DNA from: Obrimoposthia wandeli
Taxonomy: Eukaryota
Assembly: GCA_977020255.1 (NCBI GenBank)
Contig: CDROCS010002105.1
Location: forward strand, 62,001 to 126,000
Length of the DNA: 64,000 nt
Direction of reading: 5' to 3'
A model generated the notes under the pieces. The model was not told the origin of the DNA, searched no databases, and was given only the letters and a program-made list of their open reading frames with translations. Shown in pieces: positions 19,861-30,001 of the stretch. The translations under genes were made by a program, and so were the position numbers. The first letter of the stretch is position 1; every line of letters begins with the position of its first letter.

Positions 19861-21191
19861 AAATGTTACGTTCATCCTCGAGACTTTCTTCGGTATTTAT
19901 CAAGCCTAATAACATAGGTAGGCTAACGGTATTAATAGCAGCGGTTGTGATGAACATGATTGCTATCGAACGCGTGATAGCGGCTGAAGAGAACACATCG
20001 TCAGCTAATCAGAAAAACGATAAAGATATGATTGAGAAAGGCGCTTATTTAGCCAAAATGGGAGATTGTGTGGCTTGTCATACTATTCCTGATGGACAAG
20101 AATTTGGTGGTGGACTCGCGTTTTTTACACCATTTGGCACTATGTATTCCACGAATATTAGCTCAGATAAAGATCATGGAATTGGTCATTACAGCTACGA
20201 AGATTTTTATTCAGCATTGCATGATGGTATCGCACCAAAAGGTAATCTGTATCCGGCGATGCCTTACACTTCTTATCGCTTGTTAACCGATGATGATACC
20301 CGTGCGTTGTATGCTTTTTTTATGAATACCCAACCTGTACAACAAAAGAATAAAGGCAATGATGTGGGTTTCCCATTCAATATTCGTATGGGATTAAAGG
20401 GATGGAATCTGGTTAATCTTGAAAGTGGAATATTCCAACCAGTACCAGACAAGAGTGAGGCGTGGAACAAAGGTAACTATATTGTGAATGCCTTAGGTCA
20501 TTGTGGCGAATGCCACACGCCGCGGGGTACCTTATTCGCGATGGATGAGTCTAAGCAATTTGAGGGGGCAATGATTGAAGGTTATGAAGCCTCAAACATT
20601 ACATCAGCAGAGTTGAACCGACAAGCTTGGACAGCCATGGATCTAGAGCAATTGTTGCGGACAGGATATTCTCGTAAAGGTACTATTTTTGGTGGTATGT
20701 ACCCAGTGGTATATCACAGTTTGAGTTATTTAACGGCAGATGATATGTCGGCAGTTACTACCTATTTATTAGATACCGATTTGGCAGTAAGCGAGGTTGT
20801 TGAACCGGTAGCATTAACCTTTAATGGGCATGATGAATCAGCCCCAGGATATGGTTTATACAATGCCTATTGCGCAGGATGTCATGGTGTTGATGGAGAA
20901 GGAAAACCGAATATTTCGCCAGCGATGGCGGGTAATTCTACTCTGGATCAAGCCGAACCCATTAATACCGTTGCTGTCTTGCTAAATGGCGTAGGCGATC
21001 AGCGATACAGCCAAACGCAAAGTTTTTATGCCATGCCAGGCTACCGTAACGAGATGGATAAACAACAACTGACAGACTTAATCAATTACTTGCAAAAAAC
21101 GTGGACGACCCAGAAAGGCGAATTAACCCAAGAAAAGATCAATATGATTATTTCTAAAGTGGAGGATAGTTTGCCAGATGCAGCTCACTGA
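19857..21191 (+). CDS. Triheme cytochrome c subunit (AldF/gluconate dehydrogenase cytochrome type)
   Basis: Signal/anchor sequence, GDCVACH, GHCGECHTPR, YCAGCH, TPFGTMYSTNIS, YPAMPY. Confidence 0.9.
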   Translation: MKMLRSSSRLSSVFIKPNNIGRLTVLIAAVVMNMIAIERVIAAEENTSSANQKNDKDMIEKGAYLAKMGDCVACHTIPDGQEFGGGLAFFTPFGTMYSTNISSDKDHGIGHYSYEDFYSALHDGIAPKGNLYPAMPYTSYRLLTDDDTRALYAFFMNTQPVQQKNKGNDVGFPFNIRMGLKGWNLVNLESGIFQPVPDKSEAWNKGNYIVNALGHCGECHTPRGTLFAMDESKQFEGAMIEGYEASNITSAELNRQAWTAMDLEQLLRTGYSRKGTIFGGMYPVVYHSLSYLTADDMSAVTTYLLDTDLAVSEVVEPVALTFNGHDESAPGYGLYNAYCAGCHGVDGEGKPNISPAMAGNSTLDQAEPINTVAVLLNGVGDQRYSQTQSFYAMPGYRNEMDKQQLTDLINYLQKTWTTQKGELTQEKINMIISKVEDSLPDAAH

Positions 21192-22179
21192 TCATCACGT
21201 ACTACAACAAGTATTTGCATGGTTGAAAGATAACCAACCTGTTTGGTTATGTACCATTGTCGCTACATATGGTTCTGCGCCACGTCCTATTGGTTCACTG
21301 TTTGCGACGAATGGTCATGATCGTATTGGTTCTATCTCGGGAGGCTGTTTAGAAGAATCTTTTGTCGCCATGCTTAAAGAGGAGGGATCGGTATTTACCG
21401 AAGCTGCTAGTTTGTTTAGTTATGGAAATCATATAGCCGATCAAGGTTCAGTATTGGAGTTGCCTTGTGGCGGTACGATTACGTTACTGATTGAGCGTTT
21501 ACAGCCTGACCAACTAACATTGCACCAGTACGCACAATGGGTAGAGTTGGCGGAATACAAAAAACCGTTTCAGCGTAAGGTCTGTTTACGCACAGGGCAA
21601 GTAACCTTACAAACTGATACTGATGCTTTGTTATTACAGCCTTCGCAAAATGGTACGGGGGCGAGTGTGTCAGAAGTATCGGTGACACTATATTATTCTC
21701 ATGTATGGCAGCTATTAATTTTGGGGATAAGTCAGGTTAGTTATCACGTGGCTCAGCTGGGTCTTATGGCGGGGTATGAGGTGAAAATCTGCGACATGCG
21801 TGAAGAGCTGCAAGATGCTTGGCATTTTGCTGCGAAACAAGGTGGTGTGGATATAACTTGGTTATCGCCAGACTTATTTGTTGATCAATATTGTGACAAA
21901 CAAACCGCTGTTTTAGCGTTAGCTCATGACCCTAGAATTGATGATATCGGCCTGATGGGCGCCTTAGAATCATCAGCATTTTATATTGGAGCAATGGGTT
22001 CATTACGCACCAGTGAAAAGCGCGTTGAGCGTTTACACCGTATAGGAGAATATGACTACGATACTTTGGCTCGTTTACATGCGCCAATTGGGTTAGATAT
22101 TGGCAGCAAAACGCCAATGGAAATTGCCATCGCTATTATGGCGGATATTATTTCGCATAAAAACAAAGTATACATTTAA
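21178..22179 (+). CDS. xdhC: XdhC/CoxI-family Moco sulfuration/insertion chaperone
   Basis: GSAPRPIGS, SISGGCLE, LPCGG, HDPRID, YIGAMGS, LHAPIGLDIGSKTPMEIAIAI. Confidence 0.92.
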   Translation: MQLTDHHVLQQVFAWLKDNQPVWLCTIVATYGSAPRPIGSLFATNGHDRIGSISGGCLEESFVAMLKEEGSVFTEAASLFSYGNHIADQGSVLELPCGGTITLLIERLQPDQLTLHQYAQWVELAEYKKPFQRKVCLRTGQVTLQTDTDALLLQPSQNGTGASVSEVSVTLYYSHVWQLLILGISQVSYHVAQLGLMAGYEVKICDMREELQDAWHFAAKQGGVDITWLSPDLFVDQYCDKQTAVLALAHDPRIDDIGLMGALESSAFYIGAMGSLRTSEKRVERLHRIGEYDYDTLARLHAPIGLDIGSKTPMEIAIAIMADIISHKNKVYI

Positions 22180-22448
22180 AAATAATAAATAATATCCACA
22201 TTCTATTAATTAATGTTACGCTTAATCGGTAATATTAAAATTTATGGTGTTATTTTTGTTAAATAAATATTTTAACGATTTTATAATATTGGCTAATTTC
22301 TGATATAGATAATACGCTTTCGCATCCAACTCCACGTTGAATCAATAGATATTGCTGTAATTTTGTCATAGGTGACTTTTTTTTGACACAATAAATATGT
22401 ATCTCGTATGCATGTAAATGTGTGTTTTACATTGAGAACATTCCCATG

Positions 22449-22464
22449 CGTGAGATGTATCACT
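22449..22464. promoter_or_regulatory. CRP-like site in the AT-rich spacer upstream of the MCP
   Basis: cGTGA-gatgta-TCACt. Confidence 0.5.
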
Positions 22465-22814
22465 TTTTTTATACCTTTTAGTTCTTATAATCGATAGTGT
22501 AGATGTATGCCCATCTTTTTATACTAAATGAACATATAAGATTCATTAGTCTCAATATAGCTTCGCTAGTGAATAATGGCTTTTTTCACAATGAAAAAAA
22601 TGATTTCAATTTGTAGTATGTCGCTGAGGTTCGCGTAGCTTATTGAGATTGAACCATATCAAAGAAATTATAAAAATAATGAATTTTCAAGTCTTGTCTG
22701 AGGCTGAATTATTTGCAATGACGACATTAGCGGTGACATATGCTTATAACTGCAACGCAATGAGAAAATTATTAATAATCATAACAGAACGTATTTGAAG
22801 AACATGAGGGTTAC

Positions 22815-24728
22815 GTGAATATATTATCTAGTTTTAAGGGCCGTATTATCGCGGTTGCCGTTTTATTATTAACTGCTTCTTTAGCAATTTCGACCTCTCT
22901 TTCCTATCGCCAACTTTCAACCTCAATTCTGAGCAATATTGATGAATACTCCATGCTTAAAATTGAGAGCTCGTCCGATAAGATTACCGACTGGTTTCAC
23001 ACAATAAAAGAAGGTGTCATTGCAACAGCACCAGACTTCGCGACTGACCGCGGTGATATACAACTCGCTTTAATGGTTAAGCAAATCTCGAACGCAACAA
23101 AATCGTCAGATATCGTTGTAGCCTTTGAGGACGGCCGCTCTTATGGCGCTAAAAGTGGTATGCGCAGCCTACTTATCTACGATCCGCGTATACGAGGTTG
23201 GTATAAATCGGCCAAGCAGAAGCGCAGCACAGTAATCACCGGAATCTATACAGGGGCATCGTCAGGCAACTTGATGGTCAGCATCGCAGAACCTTTTTTC
23301 GATGGGAATAAGTTTCGTGGTGTTTTACTTGCTGATATCGAATTGAGCCTTCTTACCGATGTTGTTAATCAGTCCCCCTTCCCCGGAGCAATGACTGGTT
23401 TATATGACAGCCAGGGTACAACCATTGCTTCAACTGGCGAAGTCGATGTTCCTGGTAAAACCAAACTGTCTGACTTCCCCGAATTAGCAGAACTAGAGCG
23501 TAAAGTTCTTACTAGCGATAGTGGTATTTTCAACTACAGCTTAGGTGGAGTTGAAAAAATAGCTTACTTTCAAGATATTGAGCTTGATAAAGAGACCCGC
23601 TGGCACCTATTAGTGGGTATTGATAAATCAACGGTTTACGCAGAGGTCGATGAGGCGTTGGAAACATCTTTATTCACTGCTGGGTTATTAATTCTCTTTG
23701 CTTCCGCGATTATTTTGGTTGTGCTGAATCGGCTGTATCGACCAATTCTTGCGTTAAAAAGCACAATAGTCGAGTTATCACAAGGTAATGGTGATCTTAC
23801 TCGACGCCTTGATGTGTATACCAAGGATGATCTGGGCCAAATCGCAGAGGCGGTAAATATCTTCATCGGCAATTTACAAGCGATGATGCTAGAAGTATCT
23901 CAATCTAGCGAACATATTTCAGAAGGTATCGAGCAACTCAAGGCTCAGACCGAGCTTAACGATACCGTCTTAGCTTCTCACTCGGTAGAAACAGATCAGG
24001 TAGTAACCGCAGTAAATGAAATGAGTTCGACGGCAGACAGTGTATCGCAAAGCGCTTCTCAATCTGCGGCATTTACGAAAAATACTAGTGATGAAGCTGA
24101 GCAATCTAAACGTGTGGTTGACGGTGCCGTAACCAGTGTCGCCGCCTTGGTTGATGAAGTTGACGCCATGGCACTCAATATTCAAACCATGAGTGATGAT
24201 GCTCAAAAAATTGGCTCTGTTCTTAGTGTTATTGGTGAGATTGCCGATCAAACTAATTTATTAGCTTTGAATGCAGCTATCGAAGCGGCTCGTGCCGGAG
24301 ATCAAGGGCGTGGTTTTGCGGTTGTAGCTGATGAGGTACGCGCTTTGGCTGCAAGAACCCAGCAGAGTACATCTGAAATTAATGACATGTTGAGTAAGTT
24401 ACACAAGGGAACAAGCTCAGTCGTTACAGCTATGGACGATACTAAGCGTCGATGTCAAGAAACTGCAGATACGACTTCCAACGTAAATGATAGCCTAGAT
24501 TCAATGGCGACATCAGTGGTCCAAATTAATGATCTTGGAATCCAGATTGCCACGGCTGCAGAGCAGCAAAGCGTGGTCAGTGAAGAGATAAATCGCAATA
24601 TGACGGCAATTCAGGACATGGTTGGTCGGCTTACCGATAATGGTGCACAAACCATGGATAGTACGCGTAACCTTGCAAGCAGTAACGAACAGCTGGCGGC
24701 GATCGTAAATCAATTTAAGTTAAAGTAA
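22815..24728 (+). CDS. Methyl-accepting chemotaxis protein (dCache_1, HAMP, MA domains)
   Basis: TM-dCache-TM layout, [13 protein letters not shown] (GDLTRRL), signalling tip [37 protein letters not shown] start. Confidence 0.93.
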   Translation: MNILSSFKGRIIAVAVLLLTASLAISTSLSYRQLSTSILSNIDEYSMLKIESSSDKITDWFHTIKEGVIATAPDFATDRGDIQLALMVKQISNATKSSDIVVAFEDGRSYGAKSGMRSLLIYDPRIRGWYKSAKQKRSTVITGIYTGASSGNLMVSIAEPFFDGNKFRGVLLADIELSLLTDVVNQSPFPGAMTGLYDSQGTTIASTGEVDVPGKTKLSDFPELAELERKVLTSDSGIFNYSLGGVEKIAYFQDIELDKETRWHLLVGIDKSTVYAEVDEALETSLFTAGLLILFASAIILVVLNRLYRPILALKSTIVELSQGNGDLTRRLDVYTKDDLGQIAEAVNIFIGNLQAMMLEVSQSSEHISEGIEQLKAQTELNDTVLASHSVETDQVVTAVNEMSSTADSVSQSASQSAAFTKNTSDEAEQSKRVVDGAVTSVAALVDEVDAMALNIQTMSDDAQKIGSVLSVIGEIADQTNLLALNAAIEAARAGDQGRGFAVVADEVRALAARTQQSTSEINDMLSKLHKGTSSVVTAMDDTKRRCQETADTTSNVNDSLDSMATSVVQINDLGIQIATAAEQQSVVSEEINRNMTAIQDMVGRLTDNGAQTMDSTRNLASSNEQLAAIVNQFKLK

Positions 24729-24774
24729 TTTAACGTATAAGACGTTTTTCGCTGCTGTTATTCTGGCTTCTTAG

Positions 24775-24945
24775 TAATGAGCTATTTCTATATGAAATAG
24801 CTCATTTTTGATCTTGCACTGAGTTTACAAGCAGAATTTACTCAACGGGTTTTAATTTAGCGGTAAAGTGACGTAATACTGGCGGCTCATATTCAAACGT
24901 TAGCCCTCGAATTTCACTGGCTCGCGTTGTGACTGCGATTAATGC
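24775..24945. repeat. Direct repeat copy 1 (171 bp): duplicate of the tnaA last 35 codons, stop and terminator
   Basis: Aligns with 27008-27178 with 6 mismatches by manual alignment. Ends at the MFS stop codon. Confidence 0.95.
24777..24805. terminator. Bidirectional terminator hairpin within repeat copy 1
   Basis: ATGAGCTATTTC-TATAT-GAAATAGCTCAT followed by TTTT. Confidence 0.75.
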
Positions 24946-26147
24946 TAATGTCGATTTAATAAATACCTTTTCTTATATTTATTCTTAGGCATTACCCAAA
25001 CGGCAAGAGCCGATAGGCTCATAACAGCTGCTAACAACAAGTATAAGAAGGTAAATTCTCCAGTTTGATCATAGATATTTGCAATTAACCAGTATCCTAT
25101 TGGCCCTGTACTAAAACTCAGCATATATTTGACAGCATAAAGCCTTGAACGCCATTGGTCAGCTGCGTATTTCCCGATTAACCAGTCGTTAATTGGAATT
25201 TGCGCATACGTACTGAATATCAAACCTGTTAGGCAAAGAACCAACATCCAACCAGAAGCGGTAGAGGCAAGCAAAAGGAAACCGGTTTGAGCCACTACTA
25301 CATTAAGTAACAATACTCGAGCTGATAATCGATCTAAAAGTTCTCCTATTACTAATTGCGCAATTGCAGCGACAATAAATATGCTTGTTGCTAAAAGTCC
25401 GATGTTGCTTAGTGAAGTATCGAATGTAATTTGTAAAATTTTAGGCAATACGGTGGTTAATGTTTGAAACACTAAGCCACCAAAAGTAGCGATAACAGCA
25501 ATGGCAATAAACAATTTTCGCATACTTATGTTATCCATTACCTCTGCTTTTTTATTTGACTCAGATTTTTGAATATACTGAATATCTTTTGAAACCCATG
25601 TGTAGAGAACACCGGATATAATACAAATTATGCCAGGGACTAAAAATGCGACTTGCCAATTGATTACCTGCGTTAAATAAGACGTGACGATTGCTGCACA
25701 AGCAAGACCGATATTACCCGCAAGCCCATTAACCGCGATAGCACGGCCTGTTTTCTCTGTTGTGCTAAATATAATTGCTAACCCTATCGGGTGATAAATC
25801 GAAGCAAATAGCCCAATGGCAATAACCCCTAATGTTAGCTGTTCTGGTGTTTGAGCAAAAGCGGTGAGAATGGCAGATAACCCCATGCCGTAAAAAAAGA
25901 CATTCATCATCGCTTTCTTACTCCAATGATCTCCTAGCCATCCTGATGGCAATGACCCCACCCCATAGGCGAGTACCCCAAAACTACCGAGTCGTAGTAA
26001 CTCTGCGTAACCAAGACTCCAGTGCTCTTGTAGCCCTAATACTGCCGTTGGGAAAATTAAAATAAAAAAATGATTAAGAGCATGCCCTAGGTTCATGACC
26101 TGAAAGTGGCGTCGAGGTATATTCATCATTGTTCCTGTATAAATCAT
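24945..26147 (-). CDS. MFS transporter (Fsr-like, possible efflux)
   Basis: About 12 TM segments, GHALNH, motif [29 protein letters not shown]. Confidence 0.85.
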   Translation of the reverse strand: MIYTGTMMNIPRRHFQVMNLGHALNHFFILIFPTAVLGLQEHWSLGYAELLRLGSFGVLAYGVGSLPSGWLGDHWSKKAMMNVFFYGMGLSAILTAFAQTPEQLTLGVIAIGLFASIYHPIGLAIIFSTTEKTGRAIAVNGLAGNIGLACAAIVTSYLTQVINWQVAFLVPGIICIISGVLYTWVSKDIQYIQKSESNKKAEVMDNISMRKLFIAIAVIATFGGLVFQTLTTVLPKILQITFDTSLSNIGLLATSIFIVAAIAQLVIGELLDRLSARVLLLNVVVAQTGFLLLASTASGWMLVLCLTGLIFSTYAQIPINDWLIGKYAADQWRSRLYAVKYMLSFSTGPIGYWLIANIYDQTGEFTFLYLLLAAVMSLSALAVWVMPKNKYKKRYLLNRH

Positions 26148-26222
26148 GATTAAAGTAGTTTACAGAACCATGATTTGTCACATAGTCTCTATAAGGACGA
26201 TCTTTTGCCCAAATGAGCCACT

Positions 26223-26987
26223 ATGATTAAAGCTGTGTTGAACGATAAATTACCGATGTCAGCGATTGTAATTTCTAGATCTTATCCAGACGGTCATATT
26301 ATTGATTGGCACCACCACGATTATTCCCAATTAGTTTTTGCATGTAGCGGTGTCATGATCGTAGAAACACATGAAAACCTATGGGTTATCCCCCCTCAAA
26401 GGGCGGTATGGGTACCAGCAGGCGTCTCGCACAAAGTATCAATGCACGGTCAGGCTAAAATGAGAAACTTCTATGTGCGTCCCGATTGTGATAGCCAATT
26501 ACCGGAACAAAGTTGCGTGCTAAATGTTTCCACACTAATGCGAGAATTACTTTTGCATTTAGCTTCAGTAGAATTTAGTGAAAGTGGCAGAGATGAAATA
26601 GAAAGGTTAATAAAAGTTACCTTGGATCAATTGAAATCAGCACATCAAGTGACCTTCTATATACCAATTGCAACAGATCCAAGGCTTGCAAGCGTTTGTA
26701 ACGCTTTATTAAATGATCCTGCTAATGGACGCTCTCTTAGTGAATGGGCAATAAGAATTAATATAAGCAGCCGTTCATTAAGTCGCTTATTTCGTAATGA
26801 ACTTGGACTATCATTCGTTGAATATCGCCATCAAGCTAGACTGTTCGAAGCTTTAAAACAGCTCGCAAAAGGCAAACCTGTAACGACAGTCGCAATGGAG
26901 GTGGGTTTTTCAAGCTTAAGTGCGTTCAACCGTTTGTTTAAAAGGCATTTTGGTACTACTCCTGGGCATTTTTTCACGACTGTCTAA
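26223..26987 (+). CDS. AraC-family regulator with a cupin N-terminal domain, divergent from the MFS gene
   Basis: WHHHDYSQL cupin motif; C-terminal SSRSLSRLF...VAMEVGFSSLSAFNRLFKRHFGTTPG. Confidence 0.92.
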   Translation: MIKAVLNDKLPMSAIVISRSYPDGHIIDWHHHDYSQLVFACSGVMIVETHENLWVIPPQRAVWVPAGVSHKVSMHGQAKMRNFYVRPDCDSQLPEQSCVLNVSTLMRELLLHLASVEFSESGRDEIERLIKVTLDQLKSAHQVTFYIPIATDPRLASVCNALLNDPANGRSLSEWAIRINISSRSLSRLFRNELGLSFVEYRHQARLFEALKQLAKGKPVTTVAMEVGFSSLSAFNRLFKRHFGTTPGHFFTTV

Positions 26988-27007
26988 TATTGTTTACTGC
27001 ATTTTTA

Positions 27008-27178
27008 TAATGAGCTATTTCTATATGAAATAGCTCATTTTGGATCTTGTGTTGCGTTTACAAGCAGAATTTACTCAACGGGTTTTAATTTTGCGGTAAA
27101 GTGACGTAATACTGGCGGCTCATATTCAAACGTTAGCCCTCGAATTTCACTGGCTCGCGTTGTGACTGCGATTAATGC
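27008..27178. repeat. Direct repeat copy 2 (171 bp): native tnaA 3' end and terminator (hairpin 27010-27038)
   Basis: Matches 24775-24945; offset 2233 bp. Confidence 0.95.
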
Positions 27179-28471
27179 ATCGGCAACGTAATCCATGTGA
27201 TCATTGGTATATACACGACGTGGAATAGTGAGGCGCATTAATTCTAATTGTGACTCTTTTTGTCTACCTGTTTCAGGATCTCTGCCCAGTAATAACGAAC
27301 CAATTTCTACAGCTCGTACACCAGATTCTAAATAGAGTTCATTACATAATGCGTGCGCAGGGAATTGTTCACTAGGGATATGAGGCAGAATTTTGGTCGC
27401 GTCGACAAAGACAGCATGACCGCCGGTTGGGTATTGAATGGGTATTCCTGCTTCTCGTAAACGTTCACCTAGATATTCCACTTGGCCAATACGGTAGTGA
27501 AGAAAATCTTCATCAGCACCTTCATACAAACCGCGGGCGAGGGCTTCCATATCACGTCCAGCCATTCCGCCATAAGTAACAAAACCTTCCATTGGCACAC
27601 AACGTGTTCGCACTGCTTGGAAAAGATCTTCATGATCACGAATACAGCATAAGCCCCCAATATTGACCATCGGGTCTTTTTTAGCAGACATCGTTAACAT
27701 GTCGCCATAACGGTACATTTCGCGAATAATCTCGAGAATGGATGTCTCGGCGTATTCAGGTTCGCGTTGCTTTATAAAGTACGCATTTTCGCAATAACGT
27801 GCTGAATCGATCACAACTGGAATATCATTCTTTTTCGCAATCTCGTATACAGCGCGCATGTTAGCCATTGAAACGGGTTGCCCGCCCGAGCTGTTACATG
27901 TCACCGTCGTGATAATGGCGGCAATATTGTGTGAGCCATACATTTCAATGGTTGATTGCAATTTATCGAGGTCGAAGTTTCCTTTCCAGTCGTCATAGGT
28001 TTCTGTATCAAACGCTTTTTCAGTCAGTACATTAATGGCTTTACCGCCATTAAGCTCGATATGACCTGCGGTTGTATCGAAGTGGTAATTCGATATAAAT
28101 ACAGGCTTATCACCACCACGTACTGTTTTCATTCGCTCTATTAAGCACGGAAATAATATTTGCTCTGCACCGCGCCCTTGGTGAGCTGGAACCGTCAGTT
28201 TGTAATCAAAAAAATGTTCTACAGCATCGCATAAATTAAAGTAGTTGCGGCTTCCTGCATAAGATTCGTCTCCCATCATCAAGCCAGCCCATTGCACATC
28301 ACTCATTGCGCCTGTGCCTGAATCTGTCAGTAGATCGATATAAACATCTTCGCTTCTTAACATGAAAGGGTTATAACCCGCTTCAATTAAGGCTTCACGT
28401 CGATCCTCTTCGTTCGTCATGCGGATAGATTCAACCATTTTAATGCGGAACGGTTCTGGTATACGTTTCAT
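27071..28471 (-). CDS. tnaA: Tryptophanase (Proteus-type)
   Basis: [36 protein letters not shown] lysine in [16 protein letters not shown]. The upstream TnaC peptide favours Trp over Tyr specificity. Confidence 0.88.
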   Translation of the reverse strand: MKRIPEPFRIKMVESIRMTNEEDRREALIEAGYNPFMLRSEDVYIDLLTDSGTGAMSDVQWAGLMMGDESYAGSRNYFNLCDAVEHFFDYKLTVPAHQGRGAEQILFPCLIERMKTVRGGDKPVFISNYHFDTTAGHIELNGGKAINVLTEKAFDTETYDDWKGNFDLDKLQSTIEMYGSHNIAAIITTVTCNSSGGQPVSMANMRAVYEIAKKNDIPVVIDSARYCENAYFIKQREPEYAETSILEIIREMYRYGDMLTMSAKKDPMVNIGGLCCIRDHEDLFQAVRTRCVPMEGFVTYGGMAGRDMEALARGLYEGADEDFLHYRIGQVEYLGERLREAGIPIQYPTGGHAVFVDATKILPHIPSEQFPAHALCNELYLESGVRAVEIGSLLLGRDPETGRQKESQLELMRLTIPRRVYTNDHMDYVADALIAVTTRASEIRGLTFEYEPPVLRHFTAKLKPVE

Positions 28472-28675
28472 TGATATAGCCTCAGTAGCAGCCGTTATGC
28501 CGATTGTGTTTCTTCTACGTTATTAATGATAAAAATGGCAATAACGGATTCAATAAATGATCAACAGTAATGCTTATCTAAAGCATAGCGCTGTTGGTAC
28601 TTTTGAATTGGCTTGTTGGTGTACAAGCGCGCTAGATAACAAGATGCATGTATTTGTTAAGTTAATAAAAAAGGC

Positions 28676-28774
28676 TTATGCGGAAGGAAAGTCGTGACTC
28701 AGGCGAAAATCTTGGTTGTACCAGCAAGACAGCATCAGTCTGCTGTTTGGCAATGCATGGGGGATTCGGTGCAT
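28676..28774 (-). CDS. tnaC: TnaC tryptophanase leader peptide, 32 aa: MHRIPHALPNSRLMLSCWYNQDFRLSHDFPSA
   Basis: W-x3-D-x7-P spacing equals W12/D16/P24 of E. coli TnaC. Strong RBS AAGGAAGG. Ends 204 nt upstream of tnaA. Too short for the ORF track. Confidence 0.85.
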   Translation of the reverse strand: MHRIPHALPNSRLMLSCWYNQDFRLSHDFPSA

Positions 28775-28889
28775 GTCGTCATCCTTCCTTTAACTATGGA
28801 AGATATCAATTTGGCCTAAACAGAAGTAATAAACTGATGTAAAAGGTGAATGGAACATGCTTAATAGTATAGAAGTAATGAATTAATGT

Positions 28890-28905
28890 GGTGAAGATAT
28901 TCATA
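28890..28905. promoter_or_regulatory. CRP-like site upstream of tnaC, with a TATACT -10 at 28871-28866 (-)
   Basis: gGTGA-agatat-TCAtA. Spacing is slightly short for a class II promoter. Confidence 0.4.
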
Positions 28906-29007
28906 TTTATGGTGTGAGGTAGTCGCGACTAAAATCCGTTTATCGCGACCATTTAAGCTTTTAAGTGCTGTTTTAAAGTATACATATATCCATATTTTTT
29001 ATGATTG

Positions 29008-29331
29008 CTATGAACGGTTAGATGAAATAAAGCGTTGAGTTGAAACTGTAGTGCCATCTTCATCAGAAACTTCGAATGTCATTGAGCGAGCAGCTTCAAA
29101 TGAGCTATATACAAATACTCGGCCAGATTTAGATGTGGTGTAGTGCTGTTTCTGTCCGCCTTTAACAGTAACATCTAAACCTGCTTGTGGTGCGCCATCT
29201 TTTTCTACGACTACCCACGCGCCACCTTTTTGCGGTGTAACAATAAGATTTAACCCTTGATTGATGCTTGCGAATGCTGAACCTGAAAAAAGCGTTGTTG
29301 CAACGATGAGGCTTGCGATTGTTTTGTTCAT
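29008..29331 (-). CDS. Small secreted beta-rich hypothetical protein (107 aa)
   Basis: Signal peptide MNKTIASLIVATTLFSGSAFA. The ATG at 29331 follows an AAGGG RBS. Confidence 0.75.
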   Translation of the reverse strand: MNKTIASLIVATTLFSGSAFASINQGLNLIVTPQKGGAWVVVEKDGAPQAGLDVTVKGGQKQHYTTSKSGRVFVYSSFEAARSMTFEVSDEDGTTVSTQRFISSNRS

Positions 29332-29611
29332 GAATTTCCCTTTATGAGTCGTTTTTATTTGTTTGACGCAGTCTGCTTGCGTGTTGATATTCATAATAGG
29401 TGTGATTCAGATCTCGTTCCATCGTGTTTTTTAGTTCAAGTTGTTCGAAATAATTGAGCAATAAATTGAGTGTTAACCCGGTCATGGTGTTGAGATAAAT
29501 GTTCATAAACGAGAAATAGACATTTACTTACAAAGAGAGAAGGATTTTTGAAAAAATAAATTATCCTTTAATGTAATTTAATCAATAGCTTATATGCACC
29601 CTTGTGTGTGA

Positions 29612-29627
29612 TGTGATTCTTATCACG
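29612..29627. promoter_or_regulatory. CRP-like site
   Basis: TGTGA-ttctta-TCACG. Confidence 0.55.
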
Positions 29628-30001
29628 TTTTATTGCAATATAAATGTTTACAGACAGATATATTACGTTTAATGTTTATCTCGTCTGCAACTCAGACCTA
29701 ATCAATGATTTTTTCAAAGAACACTTCGCACTTCCTGCTTCTCGCCAAAGCCTGCTGTAAAGAAGAAAATTAAAGAAGATCAAATGAATGATTTCTTTCC
29801 ACTGCTATCGTTAATGTTGCGAACGATCATGCGGTGATGAGCTATTGAGTAGGGTGAACTCTTAGCTGTAAAGGAATGAAGGTCAATGAGTTAAAAGATA
29901 TTTACCGCCACAAAAATGTGAGCGGAACTAACTATCTACTCAATTTGATATGCCTCAAACATAACGCTCTAAAGCATTGTTTGGGTGAAAAGGAAATAAT
30001 T

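Noticed and set aside
24775-27178. IS element, prophage or integron cassette
   Set aside because: No transposase, integrase, terminal inverted repeats or attC core sites.
27071-28471. Tyrosine phenol-lyase
   Set aside because: A TnaC leader with the W/D/P signature and Proteus-TnaA-like sequence favour tryptophanase.
29644-29760. 38-aa sORF MFTDRYITFNVYLVCNSDLINDFFKEHFALPASRQSLL
   Set aside because: No RBS and no recognisable homology; cannot be supported without Ribo-seq.
29876-30001. N-terminal extension of the cold-shock-like ORF (107-aa call)
   Set aside because: The good RBS and domain boundary are at the ATG at 30002.
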